A stretch of DNA of 64,000 nucleotides from a bacterium (GTDB lineage Bacteria > Pseudomonadota > Alphaproteobacteria > Rs-D84): assembly GCA_014803525.1 (NCBI GenBank), contig JAAVBP010000006.1, forward strand, positions 5,430 through 69,429. The letters run 5' to 3'. The position numbers and the translations under genes were made by a program. The notes under the pieces were generated by a model that made no database searches, was not told the origin of the DNA, and saw only the letters and a program-made list of their open reading frames with translations. Shown here piece after piece: positions 47,673 through 58,241 of this stretch (its first letter is position 1; each line of letters starts with the position of its first letter).

Positions 47673-50600
47673 TCGATTTCCACCTTTACCCCAAGTGCCA
47701 TCAAATCCGCCGCCGTTGTCGCCCCCAACGTCACCCCCCCTGGCAGTGCCAATGACGCCACCTTGCCCCCGGAATGCAGGTTCAAGACCACACGCACATG
47801 ACCACGTTGCAACGCCCCCAGCGCCTTTTTCACATCGGGCAGCACCGCACCATCCCAAACATCCAATGTTATCCTGTTTGCAATTTTTGCCACCCACTGG
47901 TTCAGGGGTGTAATTGAATCAACAAAAATTGAAACCCGATCATCACGTGCAGACGTTTTCCCAGAAATTATTACAACCGTATCATTTGATAAAATCTGGG
48001 CAAATGTCGCCGCACTGTCACCAAATGCGACCGCATCAATATTACCATAACTGTCGGTGGCGGCGATGGTGATCATTTCTTTGCCCGTCTTGGTACGGCG
48101 ACGCGAAAACGCCCCCGCATTCGCCGCAATCTGAACAGATTTTCTGTCGCCCATTTTTTCCAATGTCGCACTGGTGGCCAATCCCGCACGTGCAATCAAA
48201 TGCTTGTACTGATCCAAAGGATGTGCCGAAATATAGAACCCCAATGCCGACAATTCATTCTCCAAACGCTGGGAAAAAGTCCACGGCGGTGTATTCGGCA
48301 AATTCTTGCGCAGACGATCTTCGGTAACATCATCTTCGACCGTATTCGCAAACAGCGACAGCATATTTGCCCCATCGCGCGATTTAGATGCATAAGACAG
48401 AATGGCATCCGCATTCATATATATTGCCGCGCGATTTGCCTCCAGCGAATCCAGAACCCCAACCTTTGCAAAGGCCTCCAATATTCGCTTGTTAACAATT
48501 GACGCACAACGCTTTGCAAAATCTGTCAGATTCTTGAATTTACCATTTGCATTACGTTCGGCAACAATTGCATCGGTCGCCGCTGTTCCAACTCCCTTGA
48601 TCGCGGCCAGACCATATACGATTTTTCCATCTTGAACCGTGAACAAGGATTCGCTTTTATTAATATCAGGCGCAACAATTTGGATATTAAAGTTGGATTT
48701 TGCATCGTCCACAAAGACCGCCAATTGATCCGTATCATTCAAATTACTGGACATTGATGCAGCCAAAAATTCTGGTGTATAATTCGCCTTGAGATACGCA
48801 CACTGGTTCGCAACAATGGAATACGCAATCGCATGCGATTTGTTAAATGCATACTTTGCAAATTCTTTAAACTTTTCCCACAGATCCTTGGCCGTGGCAC
48901 GATCCAGCGTTCCTTCTTTTTCGCACCCGATATAGAACTTTTCTTCCAGCTCATCCAACATCTTGATGATTTTTTTACCCATTGCCTTGCGCACGTTGTC
49001 CGATTGACCACGGGTAAATCCCGCCAACACACGCGTCAACTGCATAACCTGTTCCTGGTATACAATAATACCGTATGTTTCTTTTAGAATTGGAATTGCA
49101 CGCTCGTGCACATATTCAATTTCTTCTTCACCATGCATACGTGCGATAAATTGCGGAATAAATGCAATTGGCCCCGGACGGTTTAACGCATTCAATGCCG
49201 AGATTTCCAAAAAGCTGGTTGGGTGCATTTTACGCAGTGTTTGTTGAACAAACGGGGCATCAAATTGGAATATACCTTCGGTCAACCCCGCCTGCCATAA
49301 TTTCATAGTCTTGTCATCATCAGTTGGAATTTTATCAAGATCAATATTGATCCCGCGTGTCTGTTGTATCAGACGTGTTGCATACTTTAACACAACCAGC
49401 GTTTCCAACCCCAAAAAGTCGAACTTAATCAGTCCCGCCGATTCCAGATAATGCCCGTCAAACTGACATGACGGCAACGGGTTCGCAGGATCGCGATACA
49501 CCGGTGCGATTTTGGTCGTCGGTCGGTCACCAATAACAACACCACATGCATGCTGGCCCAAATTTCGCAGTGATCCTTCTAATTCCTGGGCTACATGCAC
49601 AACCTTATTCATATCTTCATCGTTGTCCAGGATTTCCTGAATTTCATGCGAACCTTCGACCGCATCTTTCAATGTCTTGGCATCCTGGGGGATCAGTTTT
49701 GACAACCGATCAGATTTAGAATAGGGCATCCCATACACGCGTCCAATATCACGAATGGCGCCGCGTGCCTGTAAACTGCCGAATGTGATAATGCGACACA
49801 CAGAATCATGCCCATATTTATCACAGATATACGCCAGCACGCGTTCGATACCGGTGGGCTCAAAATCCACGTCAAAATCGGGCATCGATATTCGGTCCGG
49901 GTTCAAGAAACGCTCAAACAGCAGACCATATTTCAACGGATCGACATGCGTAATCCCCAGTGCCCATGCCACAATGGACCCCGCCCCCGAACCACGACCC
50001 GGGCCGGTTAAAACGTCGTTATTCCGACACCATTCGATATAGTCCGCAACAATCAGGAAATATCCCGGGAACCCCATACCAATAATAACATTCAGTTCAA
50101 ATTCTGCCTGTTCGTAATATGGTTTAGTATCGGTAATATTATGCTGTTTTAACCGCTCGGCCAGGCCATTCATAGTATTATCGCGCAGCATTTGACACTC
50201 GGCCTCTAAATCATCACCAAATCGCGGCAACAACGGTTTTTCATGCACATTTACCATAAATCCACAGCGCTGCGCGATTATAACGCTGTTTTCTATCGCC
50301 TCTGGCAGGTCGGAAAATATTTCCGCCATCTCGGCCGGTGATTTAAAATATTGTTCTGATGATTTGCGGGTGCGTGACGGATCAATAACCTTGGTCTGGC
50401 CCAGAACACAGGCCAGAGCATCTGCCGCCTCATAGTCGGTATTCGACGCAAAACATACATCATTTGTCGCAACGATCGGAATATTCAATTCTTCGGCAAT
50501 CTTTAAAAATCCCGGTTCCGTCTTTATCTCTGACTCCAACCCATGGCGCTGAATTTCAATATAAAAGCGATCACTAAATATACCTTGCAACTTTTGAGCA

Positions 50601-51079
50601 TAGCTGTGCGCTGTCTCATCCTGGCCATTTAATATGGCCATGCCAATTGGCCCGGTATGCGCACCGGACAAGCAGATAAGACCATCCGCGTGCGATGCCA
50701 ATTCATCCCATGTAATGTACGGCCCCAAATGGTGATTATCACCGCGCATATACATAATCCGATTAAGCTCGCACAGGTTCAGATACCCGCCGTGATTCTG
50801 GGCCAACAAGACTATTTTAGACAGCGATTCTGTGCGCAGTATTTTCGGATCCGCCGTATGGTGATTTAACGATATTTCAATACCGATAATCGGCTGTAAT
50901 TTATTCTTTGGCATAACGTCGGAAAATTCCGCCGCCCCCGACATTAAATTAGTATCGGTCAGCGCACACGCCGTGACGCCCGCCGCCGCACACAAACCCG
51001 GGATTGCCTTTAATGTTAATGTTCCGGCCCCAACCGAAAACCGCGAATGAACACGAAGATGAATAAATTGATTTTCCAT
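47669..51079 (-). CDS. dnaE: DNA polymerase III subunit alpha
   Basis: PHP domain (HLRVHS), GRGSGAGS, FERFLNPDRISMPDFDVDF, KFDFLGL, YAFNKSHA. Confidence 0.97.
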   Translation of the reverse strand: MENQFIHLRVHSRFSVGAGTLTLKAIPGLCAAAGVTACALTDTNLMSGAAEFSDVMPKNKLQPIIGIEISLNHHTADPKILRTESLSKIVLLAQNHGGYLNLCELNRIMYMRGDNHHLGPYITWDELASHADGLICLSGAHTGPIGMAILNGQDETAHSYAQKLQGIFSDRFYIEIQRHGLESEIKTEPGFLKIAEELNIPIVATNDVCFASNTDYEAADALACVLGQTKVIDPSRTRKSSEQYFKSPAEMAEIFSDLPEAIENSVIIAQRCGFMVNVHEKPLLPRFGDDLEAECQMLRDNTMNGLAERLKQHNITDTKPYYEQAEFELNVIIGMGFPGYFLIVADYIEWCRNNDVLTGPGRGSGAGSIVAWALGITHVDPLKYGLLFERFLNPDRISMPDFDVDFEPTGIERVLAYICDKYGHDSVCRIITFGSLQARGAIRDIGRVYGMPYSKSDRLSKLIPQDAKTLKDAVEGSHEIQEILDNDEDMNKVVHVAQELEGSLRNLGQHACGVVIGDRPTTKIAPVYRDPANPLPSCQFDGHYLESAGLIKFDFLGLETLVVLKYATRLIQQTRGINIDLDKIPTDDDKTMKLWQAGLTEGIFQFDAPFVQQTLRKMHPTSFLEISALNALNRPGPIAFIPQFIARMHGEEEIEYVHERAIPILKETYGIIVYQEQVMQLTRVLAGFTRGQSDNVRKAMGKKIIKMLDELEEKFYIGCEKEGTLDRATAKDLWEKFKEFAKYAFNKSHAIAYSIVANQCAYLKANYTPEFLAASMSSNLNDTDQLAVFVDDAKSNFNIQIVAPDINKSESLFTVQDGKIVYGLAAIKGVGTAATDAIVAERNANGKFKNLTDFAKRCASIVNKRILEAFAKVGVLDSLEANRAAIYMNADAILSYASKSRDGANMLSLFANTVEDDVTEDRLRKNLPNTPPWTFSQRLENELSALGFYISAHPLDQYKHLIARAGLATSATLEKMGDRKSVQIAANAGAFSRRRTKTGKEMITIAATDSYGNIDAVAFGDSAATFAQILSNDTVVIISGKTSARDDRVSIFVDSITPLNQWVAKIANRITLDVWDGAVLPDVKKALGALQRGHVRVVLNLHSGGKVASLALPGGVTLGATTAADLMALGVKVEIE

Positions 51080-51199
51080 GCGTGATACAATAGCAAAAAA
51101 CACACGGGCAGGGCAACTGGATATTTACCTAAAAAACATAGTTTTTGTTTGACCTTTAATAAAATCTGTCTATCATAAAAACAACCAAAAGGACACAAT

Positions 51200-51550
51200 A
51201 TGGAACGCCTAATCGTTAAAGAATTAAAAGAACTGATAAACAGATCCATTGTATCGGTTACTGAAATAGGTAAAGACAGTTCACAAATAACGATACAAAC
51301 GCCGCTTGTATCTTTTAGCATAACAAATCAATATAATCGCTATTACACATTGAAATATTATACATTTGAAATGTGGGGCAACAAGAGAATTAGAAAGGAA
51401 GATGTTCGCTTTCCAAAGCTGTCAAATGATGCTACACACGAACTGACGGATTTGGCGATGGCGCGTTACCAAGAATATTTTCAAAACAGCCAGCCTGGTC
51501 AGGTGGCACTGTACGACGCACTGTTGAAAATTAATCAACGCACCAGATAA
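51200..51550 (+). CDS. Hypothetical protein, ends QRTR
   Basis: AAAGGA SD, TTGACC-16-TATCAT promoter, own terminator at 51580-51603. Confidence 0.7.
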   Translation: MERLIVKELKELINRSIVSVTEIGKDSSQITIQTPLVSFSITNQYNRYYTLKYYTFEMWGNKRIRKEDVRFPKLSNDATHELTDLAMARYQEYFQNSQPGQVALYDALLKINQRTR

Positions 51551-51608
51551 TCAAACGTATACAACAAATACATTCACAGCGCGGCATATCGCCGCGTTTT
51601 TTTATTTA

Positions 51609-51645
51609 CTGGATTGCTGCGGTCACTGTGATCCCTCGCAATGAC
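51609..51645. repeat. Short palindromic element (GGATTGC...CTCGCAATGAC type)
   Basis: ctggattgctgcggtcactgtgatccctcgcaatgac, resembling the half-site of widespread REP/RPE-like repeats. Confidence 0.45.
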
Positions 51646-51727
51646 AAAAATACCTATTGCCCCCGCCCGCGGCGGCGGGAATCAGTCTTCGACTTATCCA
51701 AACTATGCACTCTGAAAACTGCACACT

Positions 51728-51757
51728 AAAAACGCCCCAAAAGGGGCGATTTTTTTT
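51728..51757. terminator. Terminator downstream of the 51762-52148 ORF
   Basis: aaaaacgcccc-aaaa-ggggcg-a-T8. Confidence 0.65.
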
Positions 51758-51761
51758 ACAA

Positions 51762-52148
51762 TTAACGACCACTTGCGTGTCGCGTCATTTCATGCCATTC
51801 TTCAATTTGTTTGGCACTTTTACCATTTATCTTTTTTATCTCATTATAAAACATGCCAACACCTTTCAGTTTATTTTGCCGATATGTGTTGGCATAAGTT
51901 ATTTTATCACCGGGCTGAGCGTAATTATAATAACCAACCGTTTCTTCTTTCCAGTCATAAAACTGTATAACACGGTCGGCAATTTTATCCCCGTTCAAAT
52001 CAACAAAAATCTCATAATTTGACTTGTACAGAACAGTACCGGTTTCATCATCTTTATGGTCTATCACATAGTAAGCACCAAACGTCGCAGCACATGCAGC
52101 AGCAAGCGACGACCACAATACAAACTCAATTCCAATTTTATTTGCCAT
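51762..52148 (-). CDS. Hypothetical protein with N-terminal hydrophobic helix, ends ASGR
   Basis: AAAGGA SD before ATG 52148. DLNGDKIAD EF-hand-like loop. Confidence 0.7.
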   Translation of the reverse strand: MANKIGIEFVLWSSLAAACAATFGAYYVIDHKDDETGTVLYKSNYEIFVDLNGDKIADRVIQFYDWKEETVGYYNYAQPGDKITYANTYRQNKLKGVGMFYNEIKKINGKSAKQIEEWHEMTRHASGR

Positions 52149-52211
52149 TACTGATTCCTTTACCAGCAACAAATACTAATCCTAAAAACAATTGTTGTCA
52201 ACAATGATGAC

Positions 52212-52243
52212 AAAAAAAATCGCCCCAATCGGGGCAATTTTTT
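52212..52243 (-). terminator. Terminator after secA
   Basis: A8-tcgcccc-aatc-ggggcaa-T-tract. Confidence 0.65.
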
Positions 52244-54858
52244 TAGTTCAGCTTGCCATGGCAATGCTTGTACTTTAAGCCAGATCCACACGGGCAGGGC
52301 GCATTACGACGCGACGCCGCCGCGGCACCATCCTGGTTCAGTGCCGCGTCATGTTCGGCCTGTTCCTGGCGACGTGCCTCTACGTTTTCACGCGTCAACT
52401 CCATCCGACAGATATATGCCACCGACATAATCTTGAAATTCTTGATGGTATTTTTAAACAGTTCCAATGCCTCGCGCTTATATTCATACAGCGGATTTTT
52501 CTGGGCATATCCACGCAGGCCGATTGACATCTGCAGATAATCCATCTGTTGCAAGTGACGTTTCCACACCGCATCCAATGCACCCAGCATCATCTGACGC
52601 GATGCCATCTGCATCATTTCATTTCCATATTTTGATGATTGCGCATCAAAACGACGCATGGCCAGATTATACAGAATCTCGTACGCCTTGCGTTCCGATA
52701 TCGACTCGTCCGTCTTCCAGTTTTCAATATCGGTAATATCCAATGCAAACGTTCGCAGCATTGCGTCATGAATGCCCGCCAAATTCCAATCCATCGGATG
52801 CGACTTTTCCGGGATATGATTTTCACAGATCATTTCCACGACGTCGCCGATTAATTCACGCGACAGCGATGTCAAATCTTCGGACGTCATCAAATCATCA
52901 CGTTGTTTATAAACAACGCCACGCTGTTCATTCATAACATCATCGTATTTCAGCAATTCTTTACGTGATTCAAAATAGCGTGCCTCAACCCGCTTTTGCG
53001 CTTTCTCTAACGCTTTGGTTATCCACGGATGCGTAATTGCCTCGCCCGGCTTCAGGCCCAATGACGTCAGCATTCCATCCAGACGCGATGCACCGAATAT
53101 ACGCATCAAATCATCATCCAACGCCAAAAAGAATTTGGAATCACCCGGATCACCCTGGCGACCGGCACGCCCGCGCAGCTGGTTATCAATACGGCGCGAT
53201 TCATGACGTTCCGTACCAATTACATACAAACCGCCAACATCCAAGACCAGTTTTTTATTCGCCTCTATCCGATCATAGATTTCTTTTTTCTTTTCTTCAA
53301 AATCTGGCGCGGCCGGATCCAATTCCGCAATCAAATCTTCGGCATTACCACCCAGTTTAATATCAGTACCGCGACCCGCCATGTTTGTCGCAATGGTAAC
53401 CGCACCAGGTGAACCCGCCTGGGATACAATTTTCGCCTCAGACTCGTGCTGTTTTGCATTCAGAACCGCCGGATCAATCCCAAGCGCCGAGCGCACAACC
53501 GCCGCCAATTCTTCGGACTTTTCGATCGATACAGTACCAACCAAGACCGGCTGTTTACGATCAATACATTCCTTGATTTGCTTAATAATCGCGGCGTATT
53601 TTTCATCTTTGTTGCGATATATTTCGTCATGATGATCAACGCGCGCAACCGGGCGATTTGTCGGAATAGATACCACACGCAGGTTATAGATTTCTTCGAA
53701 CTCGGCCGCCTCGGTCATCGCCGTCCCTGTCATACCAGACAACATTGGATACAGACGAAACAGGTTTTGATACGAAATGCTGGACACCGTCTGATTTTCA
53801 GGCTGAACCGTTACATGTTCCTTGGCCTCGATCGCCTGGTGCAGTCCCTTGCCAAAGCGACGTCCCGACATCACACGCCCCGTAAATTCATCAACGATCA
53901 GAATTTCGCCACCACGCACAACATAATTTACGTTTTTCTGATACAGGTGATGCGCCAACAGAGACTGTTGAATATGCATAACCAACGCGGCATTCTCTGA
54001 CGCATACAGATTGTCACCAACAAGCAAACCCGAATCCTTTAACAGGCGTGTTGCAGTATCAACACCACCTTCCGTTAATGTAACATGGCGGTCTTTTTCA
54101 TCTTTTTTATAGTCCGAAGGTCCCAATTGCGCAACAACCGCATCAACCTTGGCATACAGTTCACTGGTGTCTTCGGCCGGACCGGATATAATCAGGGGGG
54201 TGCGTGCCTCGTCAATCAAGATACTGTCCACTTCGTCAACAATGGCAAAGAACAGAGGGCGCAAAACCTGCTGATCTTTCGAGAATTTCATATTATCGCG
54301 CAGATAGTCAAAGCCCAGCTCTGAATTTGTGACATACGTGATATCGCACGCATATGCCGCACGACGTTCATCGTCGGACATATCATGTTGAATAATACCA
54401 ATGGATAGCCCCAAAAATTTATACACGCGGCCCATCCATTCGGCGTCACGCGCCGCCAGGTAATCGTTCACCGTAATCAGGTGCGCACCCTTGCCATGCA
54501 ATGCCTTTAAGAACAGTGCCAACGTCGCAACTAATGTCTTACCTTCACCGGTGCGCATTTCTGCAATCTGGCCATTGGTTAAAACCATACCGCCAATCAT
54601 CTGGACATTAAAGTGACGCATACCGACGGCGCGGATTGCACCTTCGCGCACCAGGGCAAATGCATCCGGCAGGATATCTTTTTCTTTCTCGCCATTTGCC
54701 AAACGCTGACGCAGCGCGACCGTTTGCGCACGCAGTTCTTCGTCACTCATTGCGTGGTATTTCGGTTCTAAATCATTAATCAGGGAAACGGTTTTATCAT
54801 ACGACTTTACCAATCTGTCGTTTGCGTTGCCCAAAATCTTACCAATAACGTTTAACAT
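52243..54858 (-). CDS. secA: Preprotein translocase subunit SecA
   Basis: MRTGEGKT, GFDYLRDN, VDEVDSILIDEART, ATNMAGRGTDI, QLRGRAGRQGDPG, SEC-C motif CPCGSGLKYKHCH. Confidence 0.98.
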   Translation of the reverse strand: MLNVIGKILGNANDRLVKSYDKTVSLINDLEPKYHAMSDEELRAQTVALRQRLANGEKEKDILPDAFALVREGAIRAVGMRHFNVQMIGGMVLTNGQIAEMRTGEGKTLVATLALFLKALHGKGAHLITVNDYLAARDAEWMGRVYKFLGLSIGIIQHDMSDDERRAAYACDITYVTNSELGFDYLRDNMKFSKDQQVLRPLFFAIVDEVDSILIDEARTPLIISGPAEDTSELYAKVDAVVAQLGPSDYKKDEKDRHVTLTEGGVDTATRLLKDSGLLVGDNLYASENAALVMHIQQSLLAHHLYQKNVNYVVRGGEILIVDEFTGRVMSGRRFGKGLHQAIEAKEHVTVQPENQTVSSISYQNLFRLYPMLSGMTGTAMTEAAEFEEIYNLRVVSIPTNRPVARVDHHDEIYRNKDEKYAAIIKQIKECIDRKQPVLVGTVSIEKSEELAAVVRSALGIDPAVLNAKQHESEAKIVSQAGSPGAVTIATNMAGRGTDIKLGGNAEDLIAELDPAAPDFEEKKKEIYDRIEANKKLVLDVGGLYVIGTERHESRRIDNQLRGRAGRQGDPGDSKFFLALDDDLMRIFGASRLDGMLTSLGLKPGEAITHPWITKALEKAQKRVEARYFESRKELLKYDDVMNEQRGVVYKQRDDLMTSEDLTSLSRELIGDVVEMICENHIPEKSHPMDWNLAGIHDAMLRTFALDITDIENWKTDESISERKAYEILYNLAMRRFDAQSSKYGNEMMQMASRQMMLGALDAVWKRHLQQMDYLQMSIGLRGYAQKNPLYEYKREALELFKNTIKNFKIMSVAYICRMELTRENVEARRQEQAEHDAALNQDGAAAASRRNAPCPCGSGLKYKHCHGKLN

Positions 54859-54996
54859 TTCCTTTTTCCTTATTATTTCCCCCGGACGATAGCAATTTTG
54901 TGCCTTGCGGTCAAGGTACTTTATGATATAATGCAACTGCACGGACATACAAGTCCCCGGTCACAAGAAAGTTTTCATAAAATGGAGAGATGCATA

Positions 54997-55209
54997 ATGA
55001 AAGAACACGCGCAAGCTTTAAACCCGTCCGACATAACCAGCGAAGTCTTCATTATTGCCCCGACACAAATTGAATATATTTCCCGCCTGTTCGCAGACAG
55101 TGTTGCCGACACTATGAACATGCGGACATTTGCCCCGAAAATCCGCCAAATTGCAACAGAATCATTACGTCGCGCATTAACATCCGCACGTCATATGGGC
55201 GAAAAATAA
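54997..55209 (+). CDS. Small hypothetical protein
   Basis: GGAG SD before ATG 54997. Occupies the gap between secA and rnpB. Confidence 0.45.
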   Translation: MKEHAQALNPSDITSEVFIIAPTQIEYISRLFADSVADTMNMRTFAPKIRQIATESLRRALTSARHMGEK

Positions 55210-55253
55210 TTTCGTTTGAATTTTCATAAAATACTGATAGAATACCACGCGTA

Positions 55254-55569
55254 AGATGCGCAGGACATAGCTGGCTCGCAAGAGCTGGAGGAAAGTCCGG
55301 ACTGCACGGGACAGCATACCGGTTAACGGCCGGGCGGGGTGACCCGACGATCAGAGGAACAGTGACGAATCGATTAAGTTCGAGTGAAACGGCCAATCTC
55401 TATGTGCAGCAACTTCAAATAGGCCCCCAATGACAGTCCCAGGAGGGGGCGGGTAGAAGGCTTGACGGCCATGGGAACATGGTTCGCAGACTAATTATGT
55501 CCACTACCCGGGCGTGGTTGTGAAAAGACTGGGCCCGTGGCAGGACAGAATCCGGCTTATCGTGCATCT
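55254..55569 (+). ncRNA. rnpB: RNase P RNA
   Basis: GAGGAAAGTCCGG and ACAGAATCCGGCTTA conserved regions, P1 agatgcgc/gtgcatct, P6 gggac/gtccc. Promoter upstream and terminator at 55574-55602. Confidence 0.95.
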
Positions 55570-55686
55570 GCACGCCGCCCCCGCGGGGGCGGTTGTTTTT
55601 TTGATCCCCCTCCCACGATGGCAAAATCTAGACCGAGCTCAGCACAGCTAACTTTTTCACTAAAAATCCCGCCATCCGGCGGGATT

Positions 55687-56442
55687 TTACATAACCTTAC
55701 CCTGGGTCGGATAAAAGGTCAGCTGTATCTTTTCCCACTTGGCAAATTCGTTCACCGGCAGCATGCTAAAAGGCTGACACACGTCAATTGCCGTGCGGAT
55801 TGTATCCAAGACATAGGCCAGCGTCGGATCTGTTTCCGCGGCGGCCGCCCCTTCGAACCAAACATCACGCACCGTGCCATTCTGGCGCATAGTTAAATGT
55901 GCAACCGCACGTATATTTTCCAATCCCGGCCGCGTTGTATCAATGGCCCAGCAACGTGTCATCGCAACGCGCAACGCATCAACCACCGATATAGTCAGCG
56001 TCCGATCCAGCGACACTGTTTCACGATTCACGCGCACAACCGTCTTTTTACGCGGCGCAGGTATGTCATCTGGTTTAGCATCCGCTTTGGGCGTTGGCTT
56101 TTCCACCTCTGTCGCCGGATTATCATTTGCAATCGGATCCACCATACTGGGTGTGTCCATTGGCACGGGCGCTGGTGCGGGTGGCACTTCCTCCACTTTC
56201 TGTGGCGGTTCTTCCTGCTGTTCCGGCTCTGACGGTGCAGATGTGTTATACAGACGCGTTTCATCAACCGACACCTTTACCGCATTTAAATCTATTTCCA
56301 TAATTTCAACACGGTCCGGCGCGACCAATTGGGCACGGTCAATCACCAGCGCGAACGACGTCAGCAATATCGCCACCAATGCCAAATGCCCACCAACCGA
56401 CATCAACATGTTTTCTGATGAAAATTGATTAAACCTAGCCAT
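55687..56442 (-). CDS. tolA: TolA/TonB-like energy transducer
   Basis: N-terminal TM with SxxxH, Pro/Glu-rich linker, C-terminal RCW...AIDVCQPF...WEKIQLTFYP domain, operon position. Confidence 0.75.
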   Translation of the reverse strand: MARFNQFSSENMLMSVGGHLALVAILLTSFALVIDRAQLVAPDRVEIMEIDLNAVKVSVDETRLYNTSAPSEPEQQEEPPQKVEEVPPAPAPVPMDTPSMVDPIANDNPATEVEKPTPKADAKPDDIPAPRKKTVVRVNRETVSLDRTLTISVVDALRVAMTRCWAIDTTRPGLENIRAVAHLTMRQNGTVRDVWFEGAAAAETDPTLAYVLDTIRTAIDVCQPFSMLPVNEFAKWEKIQLTFYPTQGKVM

Positions 56443-56448
56443 AGTGTT

Positions 56449-56853
56449 TTATTTCTTGCCCATCTGTGTACGCAGGCCAACACGCTGGAATCCCGCGTCT
56501 TTTAAACTGCCCATAACGGACATTACCGCACCATAGTCGGCATGTTGATCACCGTTTATCATAATGGTCAATTGCGGATTTTCCCCGCGCATGGCAATCG
56601 CACGTTTTACAACATTGTCGCGCGACATCTGCTCTTTACCAATATAGTAACGCCCGGCCGCGTCAACACTGATTTGTATTGCATGGTCATTGCCCGTCAG
56701 TGATGAATTACCGGCATGTGGCAAGTCCAAGTCAATACCCGCCGTCATCATGGGTGTGGTTACCATAAACACCGCCAGCAACACCGTCATGATATCAATC
56801 ATGGGCGTCAGCGATATTACGGCATCTGAATTTCTGCGTCTGGATCTAGACAT
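56449..56853 (-). CDS. tolR: TolR/ExbD
   Basis: LTPMIDIMTVLLAVFMVTTP, GDQHADYG, AGFQRVGL. Confidence 0.85.
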   Translation of the reverse strand: MSRSRRRNSDAVISLTPMIDIMTVLLAVFMVTTPMMTAGIDLDLPHAGNSSLTGNDHAIQISVDAAGRYYIGKEQMSRDNVVKRAIAMRGENPQLTIMINGDQHADYGAVMSVMGSLKDAGFQRVGLRTQMGKK

Positions 56854-56870
56854 CTTGGCATGCCCCCGTA

Positions 56871-57365
56871 TTATTTCTTAGACCGTTTTGCATGCGCGGC
56901 ATATTTCAAGGAATCATACAGCGCATCCGCACGCTTGGTAAAATATTGATACGCAATCGCCGCCGGCACCGCCGCAATCAGCCCCAGCGCAGTTGTCCCC
57001 AGCGCAGTTGCCAAACCCGGCGCAATAACGCCGATGGATACAGACTGGTTCACGCCAATCGACGCAAAGGAATCCATAACACCCCAAATTGTACCAAACA
57101 ATCCCACAAACGGCGCAACATATGACACCATGGACAAGAACCACAAATTCTTATCATACGGGCGCAGCACACGATCCAGTTCAACATCAATATCGATGTT
57201 TTCATCAATCTTAACCGGTGTATGCGGTTGTGCGCGCCACAGGCGAATTTTCTCTATAATAATCGCCCAGGACATAACACTGCCCGCAATCAGCATCAGC
57301 GATATCGCCAGCGTCATCAAATCCCCGCTGGTAAACAGCGATAATAATGAAAAGTTATTTGTCAT
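56871..57365 (-). CDS. tolQ: TolQ/ExbB proton channel (shortened)
   Basis: APFVGLFGTIWG, IAPGLATAL.TTALGL.AAVPA. Confidence 0.85.
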   Translation of the reverse strand: MTNNFSLLSLFTSGDLMTLAISLMLIAGSVMSWAIIIEKIRLWRAQPHTPVKIDENIDIDVELDRVLRPYDKNLWFLSMVSYVAPFVGLFGTIWGVMDSFASIGVNQSVSIGVIAPGLATALGTTALGLIAAVPAAIAYQYFTKRADALYDSLKYAAHAKRSKK

Positions 57366-57392
57366 TTTTCCCCTTCCTTTTCTTTCCTTATT

Positions 57393-57773
57393 TTAACTTG
57401 CGAGCGCATCAAGTATCGATTCCGGAATACGTTTCGGCCGCATATTATTCCCCAGATACGCAATCTTGATGTTCATTATAGCACAAACATCATCACCTTT
57501 CACGAACTTTTGTTCAATATCCATCGATGCAGCGCCAATTTCTGTGATAACGCTTTCCACAACGAAATCATCGCCCAAGCGTAATGGCTGCAAATACCGC
57601 ACCGACAATTCCCGCACAACAAAGCCCAAATCGCCATCCGGGAACACCACCCCACGCAGCCAATGCATACGGGCGCGTTCGGCAATTTCTATATATCGGC
57701 CATGATATACAATACCGCCCGCGTCTGTATCGGCATAGGCAATTGAAAATGGAAATTTATGCGTGCGTGACAT
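57393..57773 (-). CDS. ybgC: YbgC-family acyl-CoA thioesterase
   Basis: YADTDAGGIVYHGRY...ERAR. Canonical position before tolQ. Confidence 0.9.
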   Translation of the reverse strand: MSRTHKFPFSIAYADTDAGGIVYHGRYIEIAERARMHWLRGVVFPDGDLGFVVRELSVRYLQPLRLGDDFVVESVITEIGAASMDIEQKFVKGDDVCAIMNIKIAYLGNNMRPKRIPESILDALAS

Positions 57774-57774
57774 T

Positions 57775-58221
57775 TTATCTAACCTTTTGCATAAAGCGCG
57801 GCGGTATCTTTGACGGCTGGAACTGAAACAATCCTATATCACGCCGCAATATATTCAGATACAACTCTTCCACATACTCGCGTTCATCTTCATCTGTTAT
57901 AATCAGAGTATTACAATCCTTCTTTAACTGCTTAATCGCATCAGAATCCGTCGCAGCAATTCCGCCCCGACTGCGCATAAAATCTACATATTTCACAAAC
58001 GGTACAACCTGGGGCATTTGTGACAAGTCCATATCATAATGCACAGATATGAAATCATAAAAATCTTTCATATCTGCAACATCATCCCTATTACCCAATT
58101 CACGCTGAAATCCATAACGAAATTTGTTATAGCCCAGCGCCTTTATACCAAAAGTGCGACACTTGCGCGTCCACCCCGTTGGATACGGTATAAACACCCG
58201 TGATGTATGTATATTTATCAT
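57775..58221 (-). CDS. Hypothetical protein inserted between ruvB and ybgC, ends QKVR
   Basis: AAGGGGG SD, fills the operon gap. Confidence 0.7.
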   Translation of the reverse strand: MINIHTSRVFIPYPTGWTRKCRTFGIKALGYNKFRYGFQRELGNRDDVADMKDFYDFISVHYDMDLSQMPQVVPFVKYVDFMRSRGGIAATDSDAIKQLKKDCNTLIITDEDEREYVEELYLNILRRDIGLFQFQPSKIPPRFMQKVR

Positions 58222-58241
58222 GATGCTGCCCCCTTGTTTGC

